Shown here: one piece after another, positions 38,266-50,569 of the stretch
Layout of the letters: each line of letters opens with the position of its first letter
Numbering within the stretch: position 1 is the first letter of the stretch
Origin: Takakia lepidozioides
Taxonomy: Eukaryota; Plantae; Bryophyta
DNA: 64,000 nucleotides
NCBI GenBank assembly: GCA_030704615.1
Contig: CM060734.1
Span: 23,684,001 to 23,748,000 of the forward strand
Reading direction: 5' to 3'
The notes under the pieces: generated by a model
What the model saw: the letters and a program-made list of their open reading frames with translations, nothing else
What the model was told of the DNA's origin: nothing
Database searches by the model: none
Made by a program: the position numbers and the translations under genes

Positions 38266-39486
38266 ATGACAATCCTCCCTGGAGTTGCCGATGCACCATT
38301 TCACGGATGGGAGAGGGAAGATGTAAGAGATTGGATCGAAAGGCTACAGATGATTGGAGATATCAAGGACCTAAGCAAGGATAAATTGTTCAAGGTGGCT
38401 AGGCTGAACCTACATGGGACAGCGGAGAACTGGTACCTGAGACAAGAACCGAGACCTTCAAACTGGATCGATTTTCAAGCTGCAATCATTGGAAAGTTTG
38501 ATCGAATGGACTCCACCGAGCATGACCTGAAATTACAGAAGTCACATGAAGGAAGAAGGTTACTGGAACATTTGGAAACTACCTTATGGGAGGAGAAAGA
38601 CAGTCAAAACATCTTCAACTCTGACTGTTATATTGACACATCAGACATCAAGGTCCATGAGAAGTACATCGCAAGAAGAGCTGAGATACCTGCAAACACG
38701 ACATTGCTACTTGAAACCAGACACAATCACTGCCAAGAAGAACACATGGCTGCCGTCTGTCCCACAACAAGAACCATTTCTGAGTGTGAGAAAGATCACC
38801 AGGAAGGGCACGAGATAGAAAAGTGTGGTATTATGTGTCCCTCTTGCAAGATGCATGGACATTTTGAGTTGGAATGCGAAATCAAACAGGAGCAACAGGG
38901 TGAATCAGTGACCTCTGCGAACTCTTATGGGGTAGATGATGAAGAAACAATAATAGCTGAGTTTGAAGAGTGGATTGCACAACATTCTACTAGAGAAGAG
39001 AAGGAAGATGATACTGTACAGGTCAAGGCGGAGACGATGAGAGATGGGAAGTGGTCACATGCTCCACTTGTTGCAATAAAAAAAAGGGATGATTCAGCTG
39101 CACCACCTGCAACCCCAACAACACCAGCAGCAAAGGAGATCATATCATCGCTGTTGCTTAGCAAAAGACAAGGGGTGATAGCGGAAGGAGTGCAAGTAAA
39201 GAAAACAGAAGAAGATCACTTGGAAGGGATTTACAATGAAGAACAACAGAAGACGCAGGCTGAAGGGGGAGTTGTGCAGCCACCTACTACTGGCACCAAA
39301 AGAAAATGGGTGAGGTACAACTGGCACCCTGGCGCTGAGCAAGTCAGGTGTGAACTGCCAAGAGTGAATGTACTTGAGTTTTTCTTTAAAGGTAGTGACA
39401 GCAAAAGGGATAGACTGCCACATTGCATTTCAGAACCAAAACAGCATAGGACCAGTTGTCATCACAAACAGAAGAGTCAAGTTTGA
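38266..39486 (+). pseudogene. gag: Degenerate Gag homologous to that of element 1
   Basis: PFHGWEREDVRDWIERLQM...KVARLNL, with eroded knuckles including CPSCKMHGHFELEC. Confidence 0.85.
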
Positions 39487-41461
39487 GCCACTGCCTGGGA
39501 TCAACACAGTTGGGCAATCTGCCAGTTTCAGTTACAGCATTGGGGATGGACTGTTTCCTAGTACTTCATTCCAGCGACGACAACATAGTGTGTGGTCTCT
39601 TGAGCAGATGAGAGAAGAGGCAAGGACATTGGAGAGACTGAGTGATGAGAGCACAAAGGAAAAGAAAGAGGGGAGTGAAACTGTGAGTGAGGACTTAGCT
39701 GATGTGTTGTTGAAAGAAGAAGAGATGAACCAGCATCACCAGCAGTTGGCAACCATGGAGAACGGGCCTGCACAGGCATCAAAACAAAGGGAGAATTTTA
39801 CTGAGAAAGGTGTGACACCATCAAACTTGAAGCCAGCATTAGAGAAAATCCAGTGCAGTCTGAATCTGCCACAGAGAGAGAAAATTAGAATGAGTAAAAT
39901 GTCATATGGATTACCTGAGGAAGAAGGCATTAGTGAGCAGAGATTTCACCAAAGGAGCTGTTTTGAGAGTTTAATCTGTGAGGAAAAACCAGCATGTCAG
40001 CTTGAGATGAGAGACAGAGAGCAATTCAAAGTGAATTTTTTTGAACAGCAAAAATGTGAAGAAAAGGGCAGGTCAAGTCAGTTACTCATAGAACAAGAGA
40101 AAGGCCAGCTGAGAGGTGATCATGGAAAGAAAGACCTTGAGAGCTCGATCTGTAGAAGAAGGACACCGGATCACTATGAAAAAAGGGAAAGAGAGAATAA
40201 TCTGATTGGACAGCAAAAGTGTGAGAGATCATGCAAAACTAGTGACATACCTGCAGGCCGAGAGAAAAGAGAGCTAGGTAATAAACATGATGGGGTAAGC
40301 CTTGAAAATTTGACCTGTGGGAAACGAGAAAATCACAGTGAGAAAAGAGAGGAGAGTTTGGCAAAACCGCAAGACGAGACCATAAAAAACAATGACTGCA
40401 AAAAGGGAGGAAGCTTCAGCAAGGGAAAACAAGGAAGGATGAGAAGCTGGAAGGCAAGGGCACTCATCTTCAGGAAACACTTCAGGAAGGCAGTGAAAGA
40501 TCTGGCGAGGACGAAGCAACATGGATGTCTCGGTCAGTTTTTGCAAGATCATCAACGGGAGAACTTGACTATGTGTTCGCTTGGATATCTGGAAGGAGAA
40601 CAGCTGGACCAGAACTGGTGACAGCAGGTCAGAATAACACCTGTGCAAAGAAAGCAGAGCTGGAGGACAAAATTTGGGAGTTGGGAGCAAAACAACATGG
40701 TCCCAACAAATGGAAACCTACTGGAGGAGAAAGGGCACAAGCTGAACAAGAAAAGAAGAAAGAAGGATTACCTCTTTGCGGGCTGATAAGGAGCAGTAAC
40801 AGAGTGCAAGACCTGCACACCAACAAGGGAAATCAGCATGAAGGAAAAGGAAAACAAGACAAACAGACGTGGAGTAAAGCTGGAAAATAGGGAAGGTCAA
40901 CGTCAACGAAAGCCGACTGATGAAAAAGGAGAACAGATCAGAAGGGAGTCCTTATCCTTTTTTGGACTGATACGGAGCATTACAGGCATCATTAACCTAC
41001 ACACCAACAAAGGATATCAGAAGAGAGACAGATGGGAAAACAAAGAACCAAGTCAGCCAAATGGGGAAGCAAGGATGGAGCAAGAAGACAAAATTTGGGA
41101 GTTGAAAACTGAACAGCAAAGTCTTGACAAAGGGAGACCTACTGATGGATTACGAGAGGCACAAGCTGAAGGAAAAAGAGAAGAACGAGACTTATCTTTG
41201 ACTGGCGGACAGATAAGGAGCGATACTGAAAATTATGATCTGCACACAAAGGGATTGCAGCAGAAAACAGAGGTAGATTTGGGGTCAAAAAGGGACCAGT
41301 CAGGAAGGGATGAAGCAATAGCAAGGGAGGTTCAGTCTTCCTGTCAGAAGTCACATCACAATGAAGAACAAACAGATCCTGAACTAGTGTCTTACAATGG
41401 TACAAATGAAGAAGCAAAAAGGATCAGATTTGGGAGTCTTCAGCAGGCCCGCATCAAATAA
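39368..41461 (+). other. E/K/Q-rich, internally duplicated sense-strand ORFs occupying the position of PR-RT-RH
   Basis: ORFs of 417, 121 and 207 aa. The blocks EDKIWEL and GLIRS..LHTNKG are repeated. No DTG or YxDD motif. Confidence 0.5.
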
Positions 41462-41523
41462 CTAAATGGAGACCTGCATACGGAGATCAAAACACACCAA
41501 AGGGGTTCAAGTGGGTTGTCACC

Positions 41524-43251
41524 ATGGCAGGAGAGGATGGAGATGGTCAGAAGGACTCGCGTGATGAGAGGGAGATAGCCAGGATAAGAAGAAATGAAGA
41601 ACTGAAAGACCAGGCCGGTACTGAAGACCGACATCCACCACCAAGAAAGAAGGCACCTGCTGATACTGTCACCAATAAATTGTGCATATTTTGCAGGAGA
41701 CAACCAGCATGTGGAAGAAAGAGAAGCATACCAGTAGCCCGGAGCTCACTTGACTTCATTCCAACCATAAACATGGTCTTTACCAGGAGCCAAGGGGCTG
41801 GAACCCAGGAAGGGAAGGAAGCAGAAGTCGATGACACCTCTGAAACTGAGTCAAATGAACTGAACTCGAAGGAAACACCATCAGCAAACATAAACCTGTC
41901 ACCCGCCTCCTATGATGAAGAAACTACAAATGCCTTGAGTCATGAAGGGACCAGCAATGAAGAAAAGCATGAGCAGTTGCGTATTGAGCCTCTGGCGATT
42001 CAAATCAGCAGAAAGAAGGGGCTGATCACAAAACACATGCAGCTGGAGTTGTTAATGGCAGCTGAAGGTGAACAGAAGGAGGAAGAGGGCTGGAACAGCC
42101 TCAGTGATGAAGAACAAGAGGAGGAGACAATTTCTGATATTCTGGATGACATACAGGTCATGCACATGCTTACATTTGGTGAAGTAAATGAATATTTGGA
42201 TTCCAAAGAAGCAAAAAGAGTGAGGAAGAGGGCCAAATCATACAAACTGATGGAAGGGAGACTTGTGTTTCAAGGTAAGTTGGTACCAGAGAAGAAGGAG
42301 CGAGAAGCCATAGTCCAACAAATTCATGAAGAAATGGGACATTTTGGAGTTCGCCGAATCCATCACGAGGTCTGCAAGCGTTTCTTTTGGCACAACAGAA
42401 CCAAAACGTCAGTAAAGGTATTGAAATCATGCCTCAAGTGTCAGTTGGCCAAGACAACTACACCTCTGCGATCTGGAGCAAAGCAGATGAGAAGTATTCC
42501 TGTAAGAGACATTTTCTACAGAATAGCTTTGGATACTGCCGGTCCATTACCTCTGTCCACAACTGGAAATAAATACGCCCTAATCGCTGTGGACCACTTC
42601 TCTAAGTGGGTAGAAGTTTGCCCTGTCAACAAACACACTTCATTGCTCACCGCAAGGTTCTTGGAGGAGGAAGTGATTTACCGCTATGGAGTGCCAAACA
42701 CTGTACTTACAGATCATGGAGCAGAATGGACGAAGGATTTTGCTCTGGTCTGTCAACGCTTTGGGATTAAACATGAGCATTCCGCACCTTATTGGCCCCA
42801 GTGCAACGGGATGGTGGAGCGGTTAATACGATCAATGAAAGAATGCATGGTCACCATGGGAAAGGAAGGAAACAAAGAATGGGACAGGGACATATACAAG
42901 GCAGCATTCGGATACAGAATAGGGATTCAAGCCTCCACGAACTTGTCACCTTTCAAAGTACTTACTGGCAGGGAAACGCGATTGGGAATAGACAATGAAT
43001 TACCTGGCATTACTGAGCTAGTTGAACTAAGTGATGACATTGGAGCTATGCAGAACATGATCGCAGAGAAGGTGCGAATCATCCGCGAGCTAGAGGCAAA
43101 ACTGAGAGCCAACGTACAAGTTGCACAAAGGGCACAAAGGAAGGCTTATGCTCAACGTAAATCAAGAGGGAAGTCGTTACCTGAGCTGGCCGAGGGGACA
43201 CTTGTGATGATGATCAAACCTGGTAAGAAGAGAAATCTGGAATCCTCATGA
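41524..43251 (+). CDS. Retroviral-type DDE integrase with N-terminal extension
   Basis: HHCC (HEEMGH...CLKC), IALDTAGP, LTDHG and NGMVER. The stop at 43249 falls in a GPY/F-like motif. Confidence 0.93.
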   Translation: MAGEDGDGQKDSRDEREIARIRRNEELKDQAGTEDRHPPPRKKAPADTVTNKLCIFCRRQPACGRKRSIPVARSSLDFIPTINMVFTRSQGAGTQEGKEAEVDDTSETESNELNSKETPSANINLSPASYDEETTNALSHEGTSNEEKHEQLRIEPLAIQISRKKGLITKHMQLELLMAAEGEQKEEEGWNSLSDEEQEEETISDILDDIQVMHMLTFGEVNEYLDSKEAKRVRKRAKSYKLMEGRLVFQGKLVPEKKEREAIVQQIHEEMGHFGVRRIHHEVCKRFFWHNRTKTSVKVLKSCLKCQLAKTTTPLRSGAKQMRSIPVRDIFYRIALDTAGPLPLSTTGNKYALIAVDHFSKWVEVCPVNKHTSLLTARFLEEEVIYRYGVPNTVLTDHGAEWTKDFALVCQRFGIKHEHSAPYWPQCNGMVERLIRSMKECMVTMGKEGNKEWDRDIYKAAFGYRIGIQASTNLSPFKVLTGRETRLGIDNELPGITELVELSDDIGAMQNMIAEKVRIIRELEAKLRANVQVAQRAQRKAYAQRKSRGKSLPELAEGTLVMMIKPGKKRNLESS

Positions 43252-43449
43252 GAAGACCCTTACACTTTTGTGGGGTATGTCGACAAGCATCACGATGAAG
43301 CGATGGGAGAAGGAGAGCGAATCTGCAGGCTGGTGGATGGAGCAGGAAAAAGTTGGAACAGATCACGAAGAGACCTCAAATCAATTCATGTCAAGTAGCT
43401 GACGCGTTTGGCCGGGGACCTGCCAATCCAATTTGGGAGTACTTACAGC

Positions 43450-44294
43450 TGTAGGGCGAAAGCAGGTAATAGAAAACAATGGCAGGAGCAAAGCAAGAAG
43501 CAGTGAACGATGGCATGGAGCGGGACCTGGAAAGCGAAATTGACTAAGTATAAAGATGATGCAGCGAGAATTTAGGGTAAAGGGATGGATGCAGGATGAT
43601 CAGTGTTTTTCATTCCAATGGTCAGTGATGGATGAAAATGGAGAACAGATGGAGAAACAAGAGAAATTCATACGATGGAGAAGAGGTCAAGATGTTGAAA
43701 TACATTCATCTGTTTGTCAACGGATGGAAGTAGGGGATGAAAAGTGAAATCATGGATGAAAATTTGACAAAGGAATTTAATTGGCAGGTTGACTATTTGA
43801 ATCCTAAAAATGGCGAATTAAGTTCTGATCGGCGCACCGTATGGGTAAAGGGATGGTCTGAGACCAAACTAAGATGAGGAGATGATGATGAATTAATGTA
43901 GCCGCAATTTTATGTTTAGGTGGGGATAAGGCAAAGGGGGATAATACCCGGCCTTGTCGTGACATTCCACGATGAAGAATCTGATTTAAATTCTCTGTTT
44001 GTAATATATTATGAGCCCATGTGGGCAGTCAGTGGTGTTGGTGTGCCTTGTTGCTTTCATAACCACAAATAGAATGCCAGGATATTGAAGTGCAGGAAAC
44101 GAGACGACATATGAACTCCAAAGGGATGATATTTCCTACTGTGCTTGGGCAAAATCAACACTAGAATACAATAAGTTTCATGCACAAATTTTACTGTCTA
44201 TTCTTGGTTTTCTCTTCCGCTGCAGCCTAGGGTAGACAGAGTACTAACGGGTGATCAAGATGATGTTTGGGTAGGTCCCCTCTTTTTACTTACA
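43450..44294 (+). repeat. 3' LTR of element 2 (about 110-bp internal deletion; extra ACTTACA end)
   Basis: Direct repeat of 37051-38001, ending TCTTTTTACTTACA. Confidence 0.95.
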
Positions 44295-46302
44295 GCTCCA
44301 CCGTCACGACAAGATGCCACAGGGAACAAGAGAGAAGCACCCAAATGACTAAGTGTCCACCATACCAGGTTAAGAACAAGAGCCATCAAGATCAAGGGAA
44401 AGAGGAAGAAAGGTTTATTCTCCCCCAAAGATACAGATGTCATGGCATCGCTTCTTCAGCTCGATTCCAATCACCTTCAAGCTTTGAAATTCATATTAAG
44501 TGAGCACCCTCACCTGGTCCCATCACATGCAATCAGAAACAGTTAAGTTAGAGAAGATGTGGAACCCCAGGTAAATTGTAGGTCTCACGCTTGTTATCGT
44601 TGTACATACAACATGCATTACAAAGCAGGGGCAGAAAGGAAACAGAGCATATACAGGCCAATACCTCGATGGCTTGTGGAAGAGAGGCCTGCGCCATAGC
44701 TCCCAAGACCAGTAAACAAGAATGCACAAAGCATGTACAAAAAAGTGAATCGTCCAAACTTAAAGAGTTCAGTCACTTTCCTGAGGTCTAAAGATGCGCC
44801 GCTGTATCTTAATGATCAATGAAGGTCACAGCAGGCAAACACAGCATAGGTAGACTGCCCGCCAAACATGAGAGACAACCGCCACAGGGAAATTGCAGGT
44901 ACTGCCGCCATTGCGCACCCCAAGATGGAAAGAAGGTACTGAATCTTGCCAGAAAACCTATAGGCCTTAATGGCGCAGCTCCATAGCATTCAAGGGCGCC
45001 AGCATCGAGCTCCATGCACACACCGCCACCATCTCGCAGCTCCCGCCATGCCTTAAGCACGATCGTCGTGCAGAGGTTTAGGGCAGGGAGGAGATGAAGT
45101 GCAATTTCCTGCGATTTCATCCACGCGGGATGAAATCCTCCACGTAGGATGAAATCCATTGCGCGGGATGAAATTCACCGCGATTTAATTATTGGCTAGT
45201 AACATATCACTGGCCTTAAACTGTAAAGTTTTAAAAGAACCAGCCAGATCCAAGGAGGGATGGAGAGAGAGGGAGAGAGAGGGAACCCACCAACCATCCC
45301 CTGGTATGGCAGCTCCTTATGGAGTGAGCGTGGTATGCACTCACCCCGTAAGGGAGTGCATACCAGACCCCATCACATAAATGACCTCCCTCTTCTTTGT
45401 AGCTTTTACTTCTGGTTGCAAAGGAACCATAGAAATAAACATGCCTACAATCTCAACTCTCCAAGGTCAAAAAACAAAACAAGCTGTGACAAGCAAAGGT
45501 ACATCAACACTTCCATCAGAATGTAGAGTTTTACCTTTTAGCTACACATAAGCTCTGGTAATGGAAAGATGAGGCCAATGAAAGGACCTTAACTCCGAAA
45601 TTCATGAAGCAACAAACAGGAAAGAAACTTTTATCAACCCTTTAGTGTTGACCTAGCCCATGTTTTTGGGTACCACATGTGTACAAAACCAATGGGGGCA
45701 GGTTTAGGTAATGAATTTTCTGCCATGGGTACGTTCCAAGTTGGCAAGTTGTGACAAACGAAGGTACGTCAACACATACATCAAAATTTAGAGTTTTACC
45801 TTTTAGCTTATATATAAGCTTTGGTGACCGGAAGAAGAGGTCAGTGAAAGAACCCTCAATTCCCAAGGTCATAAAGTAACAATCAGGAAATAATCTTATA
45901 TCAGACTTTTAGTGTTTACCCACCCCTTGTTTTGGGTACAACATGTGTACAAAACCAAAAGGGGTAGGTATTGGGACTTAGGTAATGAAGTCTGGCAGGG
46001 GTTTACCCCCTGGTATTCAGACAAAACATCTACTGGTCAGCAACATATCAGAATTGGGTATTTTTTATGGTGCTATAAAGAGCAAAGCCATAACCAGGAG
46101 AAACATAGAAACATTTGAGCCAAAGAAATGGAACTCATTCTTATCATAAGGTATCTAAATCTGACATAAGGCATCGGCTACAGGGGACCGGCAACAAGAG
46201 TAATGTGCATTGATCGGATCATGTATAAGGTGTATACGTCTACTCCAGCAAGTTGTCTTACCAAGGCCTATGTCTTCTTAAATGTACCGGACAAGTATGA
46301 GT

Positions 46303-46955
46303 TTCTCCAGAGTTGCGTAGAGACCCCCAGCAGGAGGAGGTGTTGGACAATTTCAAGGCTGCCATCACGAGTGTTGTAAAATATTGGCAGAACACATGAC
46401 GTGACCAAGTTGTCCCTATTCTAGGGGTGTTCTTGCCACTTCCAAACATATCGGATTTAATTGAAAAATTGCATGAAGCCAGAGCAAGAGCGACAAACCC
46501 AGCTCTGGCAAATGTGGAAGAGAGTCAACACTCCTAGAACGCTACGCATGATGGCAAGGGTGGACCACACAACACTGTGCCCCTCTTTGACCAATCGAGC
46601 CCGGGCTCGAGCTCTCCGTACCGGTGGAGGCACGTCCTCTACACCCAGAGCATCTTCATCAACATCTGGAGATGACGACAACGAAGTAATAAATCTAAAT
46701 GAAGATGACTAGAAAGGCTAGAAACGTAGGGAATAGGCCAAAGGTCTCAGGTTGCGAAAACTTAAATGTGCAACCCATTGTATAGTCTACGTAAATTTTG
46801 GAAATACGAGGTTCATCATTTGAACCATTTTTTAATGACCTCATACTTGTTCGGTACCTGTTTGACGGCATGTACAATATACTGGCAAAGTTTCAAAACA
46901 ATAAAAAATTGCTGAATGAAGATACCATTGGTTCATCCATTGCAATATTTTAAAT
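46303..46955 (+). repeat. Second copy of the 3' end of the RING gene and its flank (27328-27985)
   Basis: Shared PRTLRMMARVDHTT...DDDNEVINL text. Preceded by about 30 bp of inverted 120-bp-repeat filler. Confidence 0.92.
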
Positions 46956-47374
46956 TGTCCTTAAATTCAGATCCTTTGAATAGAGGGAACAAACTAGCCT
47001 GGATTTAAATTCGGTTTCGGTTTATTTACCGTGTACATGTAGTCAAGAAATGCCTCTCTTGTCAGGCTATACCAAGTGACGAGCTTCTTATCCCTTCATC
47101 TCTTCGTTTGACTTGGACTCAATACGTTCGCAAACAATTCCAGTGGCATCATACCGATCTTCTGGACCCGGAAAAAGGGTGTGGCAGAGGTTGGTTGTTA
47201 CGTGGGAGGTTTCGTTTGATCTGCATTGGACAGTCACTTTGTCATTTAAGAAGAAAACAAACACAAACAGAGCATGGCAATCACATAATGCACAACAACT
47301 TCGGAAAACTTATTTGTTGATGTCGTGCATGGCAGTCAGTAGCTGTGTGATTCGTCCTTTGTGATCCAGGACTA

Positions 47375-47830
47375 TAGAATGAATGCTCCAGTGCCACTCT
47401 TTTTCATCAGAGTGCAATTCGGATATGTAGTCCATCTAGGCAAGCAAGCGGTGATTGCCATCCCACACAAAAAACATCTTCCCCATGAAAACTTTCGTGG
47501 AAGCCTTCTTGGATAGTTTGGCCTCGAACTCCATGTTTACTTCACGCCAACATGGATCCCAACTTTGCTCAATCTCTACTGATACAGGGCACTCTTCTCC
47601 CTTCGTGTCAGTTGTGGAAACATAGAACACCGCAGAGCCCTTCACATACCCATGCAAAAAATCATTTTTGAGTTCCTTTGTCGTTTCTGAGTGTCGGCCG
47701 GACAGCGGGCATTGATATCATTATGCACAGTGGGATAAGGAGATCTCCACCAGGAATTTCCATTGACAGGATGACCTTCAAAGAGTTCACCTTCTGTCCC
47801 CCGATAACAGCCTCTGCTATATCTGCGTAA
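47375..47830 (-). pseudogene. ParB/sulfiredoxin-like domain gene fragment
   Basis: HGYVKGSAVFYVS...MFFVWDGNHRLLA* carries a DGxHR motif. An AVRPT-like upstream segment lies near 47700. A possible upstream exon lies at 49053-49450. Confidence 0.55.
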
Positions 47831-48009
47831 TGTTCGTCAACGCAATCTTCATCATCTTCATACTCTGCCTCTGCTCCGTCTCTGGCAGGGTCTTTCCTTT
47901 TCCTTTTCCTCTGCTAAAAACCGGAAGCTTCATCAGTCACGAAGTCTTGTATTAAACTTTGAGGGCTTCAACCAACGAGTATGACCTCAACAATATACAG
48001 TGAACGGAG

Positions 48010-49030
48010 TCCCACTCCAACCTTGTGTTAACGCAATGTCGTTTCGTGGGCTTGCAAAGATAGACAACAAAGATAGACAGTGGGAATGGAGGCAAAGAGA
48101 GATATTGGCAGGACTCCCAAAACAACCTTGCGTCAACGCAAGGTTGTTTTGGGAGCTTCAAACGTTCAAAAAAAGTAGAACAAATCGACACTGGAATCTA
48201 GCCCAAATGAACCTTGCGTTGACGCAGGGTTGTTTGTTGGGCTTGCAACGGTGGGAATAGAGGCAAAGAGAGACAGCGACATGACTCCCAAACTACCTTG
48301 CGTCAACGCAAGGTTGTTTTGTGAGCTTCATACAATCAAAAAGTAAATCAAAACGACACTGGACTGTAGCCCAAATCAACCTTGCGTTGACACAAGGTTG
48401 TTTATGGGGCTTGCAACAGTGGGAATGGAGGCAAAGAGAGACAGCGACAGGACTCCCAAACTGACGCATGGTTGTTTTGTGAGCTTCATACGTTCAAAAA
48501 AGTAGATCAAAACGACACTGGACTGTAGCCCAAATTAACCTTGCGTTGACGCGAGGTTGTTTGTGGGGCTTGCAACGGTGGGAATGGAGGCAAAGAGAGA
48601 CATTGACAGGACTCCCAAACTACCTTGCGTCAACGCAAGGTTGTTTTGTGAGCTTCAAACGTTCAAAAAAAATAGAACAACGACACTCAAGTTGGGCCAA
48701 AATCAACCTTGCGTTGACGCAAGGTTCATTCTTGGGCATGCAAGTGTGGGAACGGCAACAAAAACAGGCATTGACATGACTTGCAAACAACCTTGCGTCA
48801 ACGCAAGGTTGTTTTTCGGGCTTCAATACTTGGTGACAATCATTCAAAGGGCACTCCATTCAAAAGGCACTCCATTTTGTGTGTCTGTATCTGTCATCTG
48901 AATCAACCTTGCGTTGACGCAAGGTTGATTGAGGGGTTGCACAAGACAACCATCTTATTGTCCATCATTCATGACTCGGGCATTCCCGCTAGCAGCAAAT
49001 CGACCTTGCGTTGACGCAAGGTTGATTGGG
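48010..49030. repeat. Array of AACCTTGCGT(C/T)(A/G)ACGCAAGGTT palindromes, spaced about 80-90 bp
   Basis: About 12 copies in alternating orientation, giving a higher-order unit of about 170 bp. Confidence 0.92.
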
Positions 49031-49857
49031 ATCTACCATACAAACTAAATCACTACTGTCGTTGAAAAACTAAGGCAAATGGAACGACAAACATACCTCG
49101 GCTTGCTTCTTCGCAGCGCTCAAAGATGCATCTCCCACCTGACTCGTCTCCTTCACTTCGTGTGGGAGGACAGGTCCCAGAAGATCGGGCTGGTGGGTGA
49201 CAACCACGAACTTCGTCCGGCGGTGTCTCTTCCATTATGCGGACTACCTGAGATTGTTGCTGGAGGCAGGTCCAGGCGTCCTCCTCTCCGCCCTCAAAAG
49301 ATTGTAGCTCGCTGGGCTCCTCCTGCACCGCGCCTAAACCCTCTGGAGACTGCCGCTCTCCCTCTCCTCCGACCTCTCCCTCTCCGGTGTCCTCCCCCAA
49401 CATGAGCTCCCTTCGGATCTTTTTCATTCTCTCCTTCGCCCGTAACCTTTGTTTGTTAGATGTGAAGTACAGAGTTCGGCGGCGCCTTCTTCTAGCTCGA
49501 GAGGGAGTCTCGCTATCGACAGGATCCAGGATTGCAGCTAGCGATGAAAAATGTGGTGCGAGAAAGAGGGAGTGCACTTGCCTCTCCGCCGCCCCTACAA
49601 CGCCAAGATGCCAGCTCCGTCGAGAAGCGGCGGGGTGGTGTGGAGCATTTGCATGCAAGACACGTCATCCCTGGGCGGTTCAGAGTCGCGCTAAAATAAT
49701 GATGTATAAAATTGGCGTACGCGCCTACTATCATCAACCGTACACAAGTGGAATTTTTGGTTGTCACTTCAATGGTGGAGTCTTCTCCACATCCCTAATC
49801 ATTCAAAATATTGACGAGCAAAACAATTTCATCCTAGCTGTTTTTCATCTTCAGTTA

Positions 49858-50515
49858 TGACACATCACAACTTAAGATAGAATGAACGGGTGGTGTCAAG
49901 GACGAGAACATGACTGAACACAAACAAGAGATCAGACTAGAGGTACAAGACTAGACAAGAAGTCAAGGTCGGCGTGGCCGTATGCACGATGAGTAAATAG
50001 GAATCAAGATGATCTTTATAACAATGAACAAGAGTACAAGATATTGGAACACGACTTGAATACTGGAATGCTGGAAACTAGACTGGAGTACCATATACTA
50101 AAAACTGGGCTAGAGTACTGGGAAATGGAAACAAGAGTAGCTTGAACTGGTGTTGGCAAGACTGAAGAGTGTCCAGTCTCGCCTCCTATATATACTGGCT
50201 ACTAAAAAGCTTCCCTAAGAAGCTTCTCCTATGGAGGTTTCTTGCTGGAGAAGTTTCCAAGATTAAACAAAGGTTTCTTGATGGAGAAGCTTCTTTAAAC
50301 AAAGGAGGTATCTTGATGGAGAAGTTTCATCCAAATGAAGCTTCCTGAGCAGTTTCCCAAGTTACTCTTGGTAATTTGGTAAACTCCCGGTAACTTGGTG
50401 AGTAGTGATAAATCATGGTAAATCATGGTAAATCATGGTAACTTCCGGTAACATGGTAATTTGGTAACTTTCGGTATTTATTCCTGGTAAGTTCATTTGG
50501 GCTATGTCCGTGACA
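49858..50515 (-). repeat. 3' LTR of the chromovirus
   Basis: TGTCACGG...TGTGTCA on the minus strand, with a TATA box near 50190. Confidence 0.8.
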
Positions 50516-50569
50516 TCACCCCTCCTCTAGCGTCGAGTTCCTCGAGGAGCGGTAAAATCTTGGACTTGC

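Larger units (their letters stand above)
37051..44294 (+). mobile_element. Full-length non-autonomous Ty3/Gypsy LTR retrotransposon 2 with 4-bp TSD GCTC
   Basis: TG...CA termini. GCTC at 37047-37050 and 44295-44298. The empty site AAATGCTCCACC is visible in copy A at about 33594-33605. Confidence 0.97.
33283..46270 (+). repeat. Head-to-tail 3452-bp tandem unit: copy A 33283-36734; copy B 36735-46270, interrupted by LTR element 2 and truncated
   Basis: 33291 aligns with 36743, and 33601-35576 aligns with 44299-46270 at high identity. Confidence 0.95.

Noticed and set aside
43440-44298. DIRS/tyrosine-recombinase-style integration, suggested by ACTTACAGCT occurring at both 43441 and 44288
   Set aside because: The left junction (GCTC-TGTAGG) and the empty site fit a 4-bp TSD, the element encodes a DDE integrase, and no tyrosine-recombinase motif is seen. 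The GCT match may be chance or target preference.
47375-47830. Bacterial contamination or plasmid origin for the ParB-like fragment
   Set aside because: It is degraded, embedded among plant TEs and lacks any operon context such as parA.
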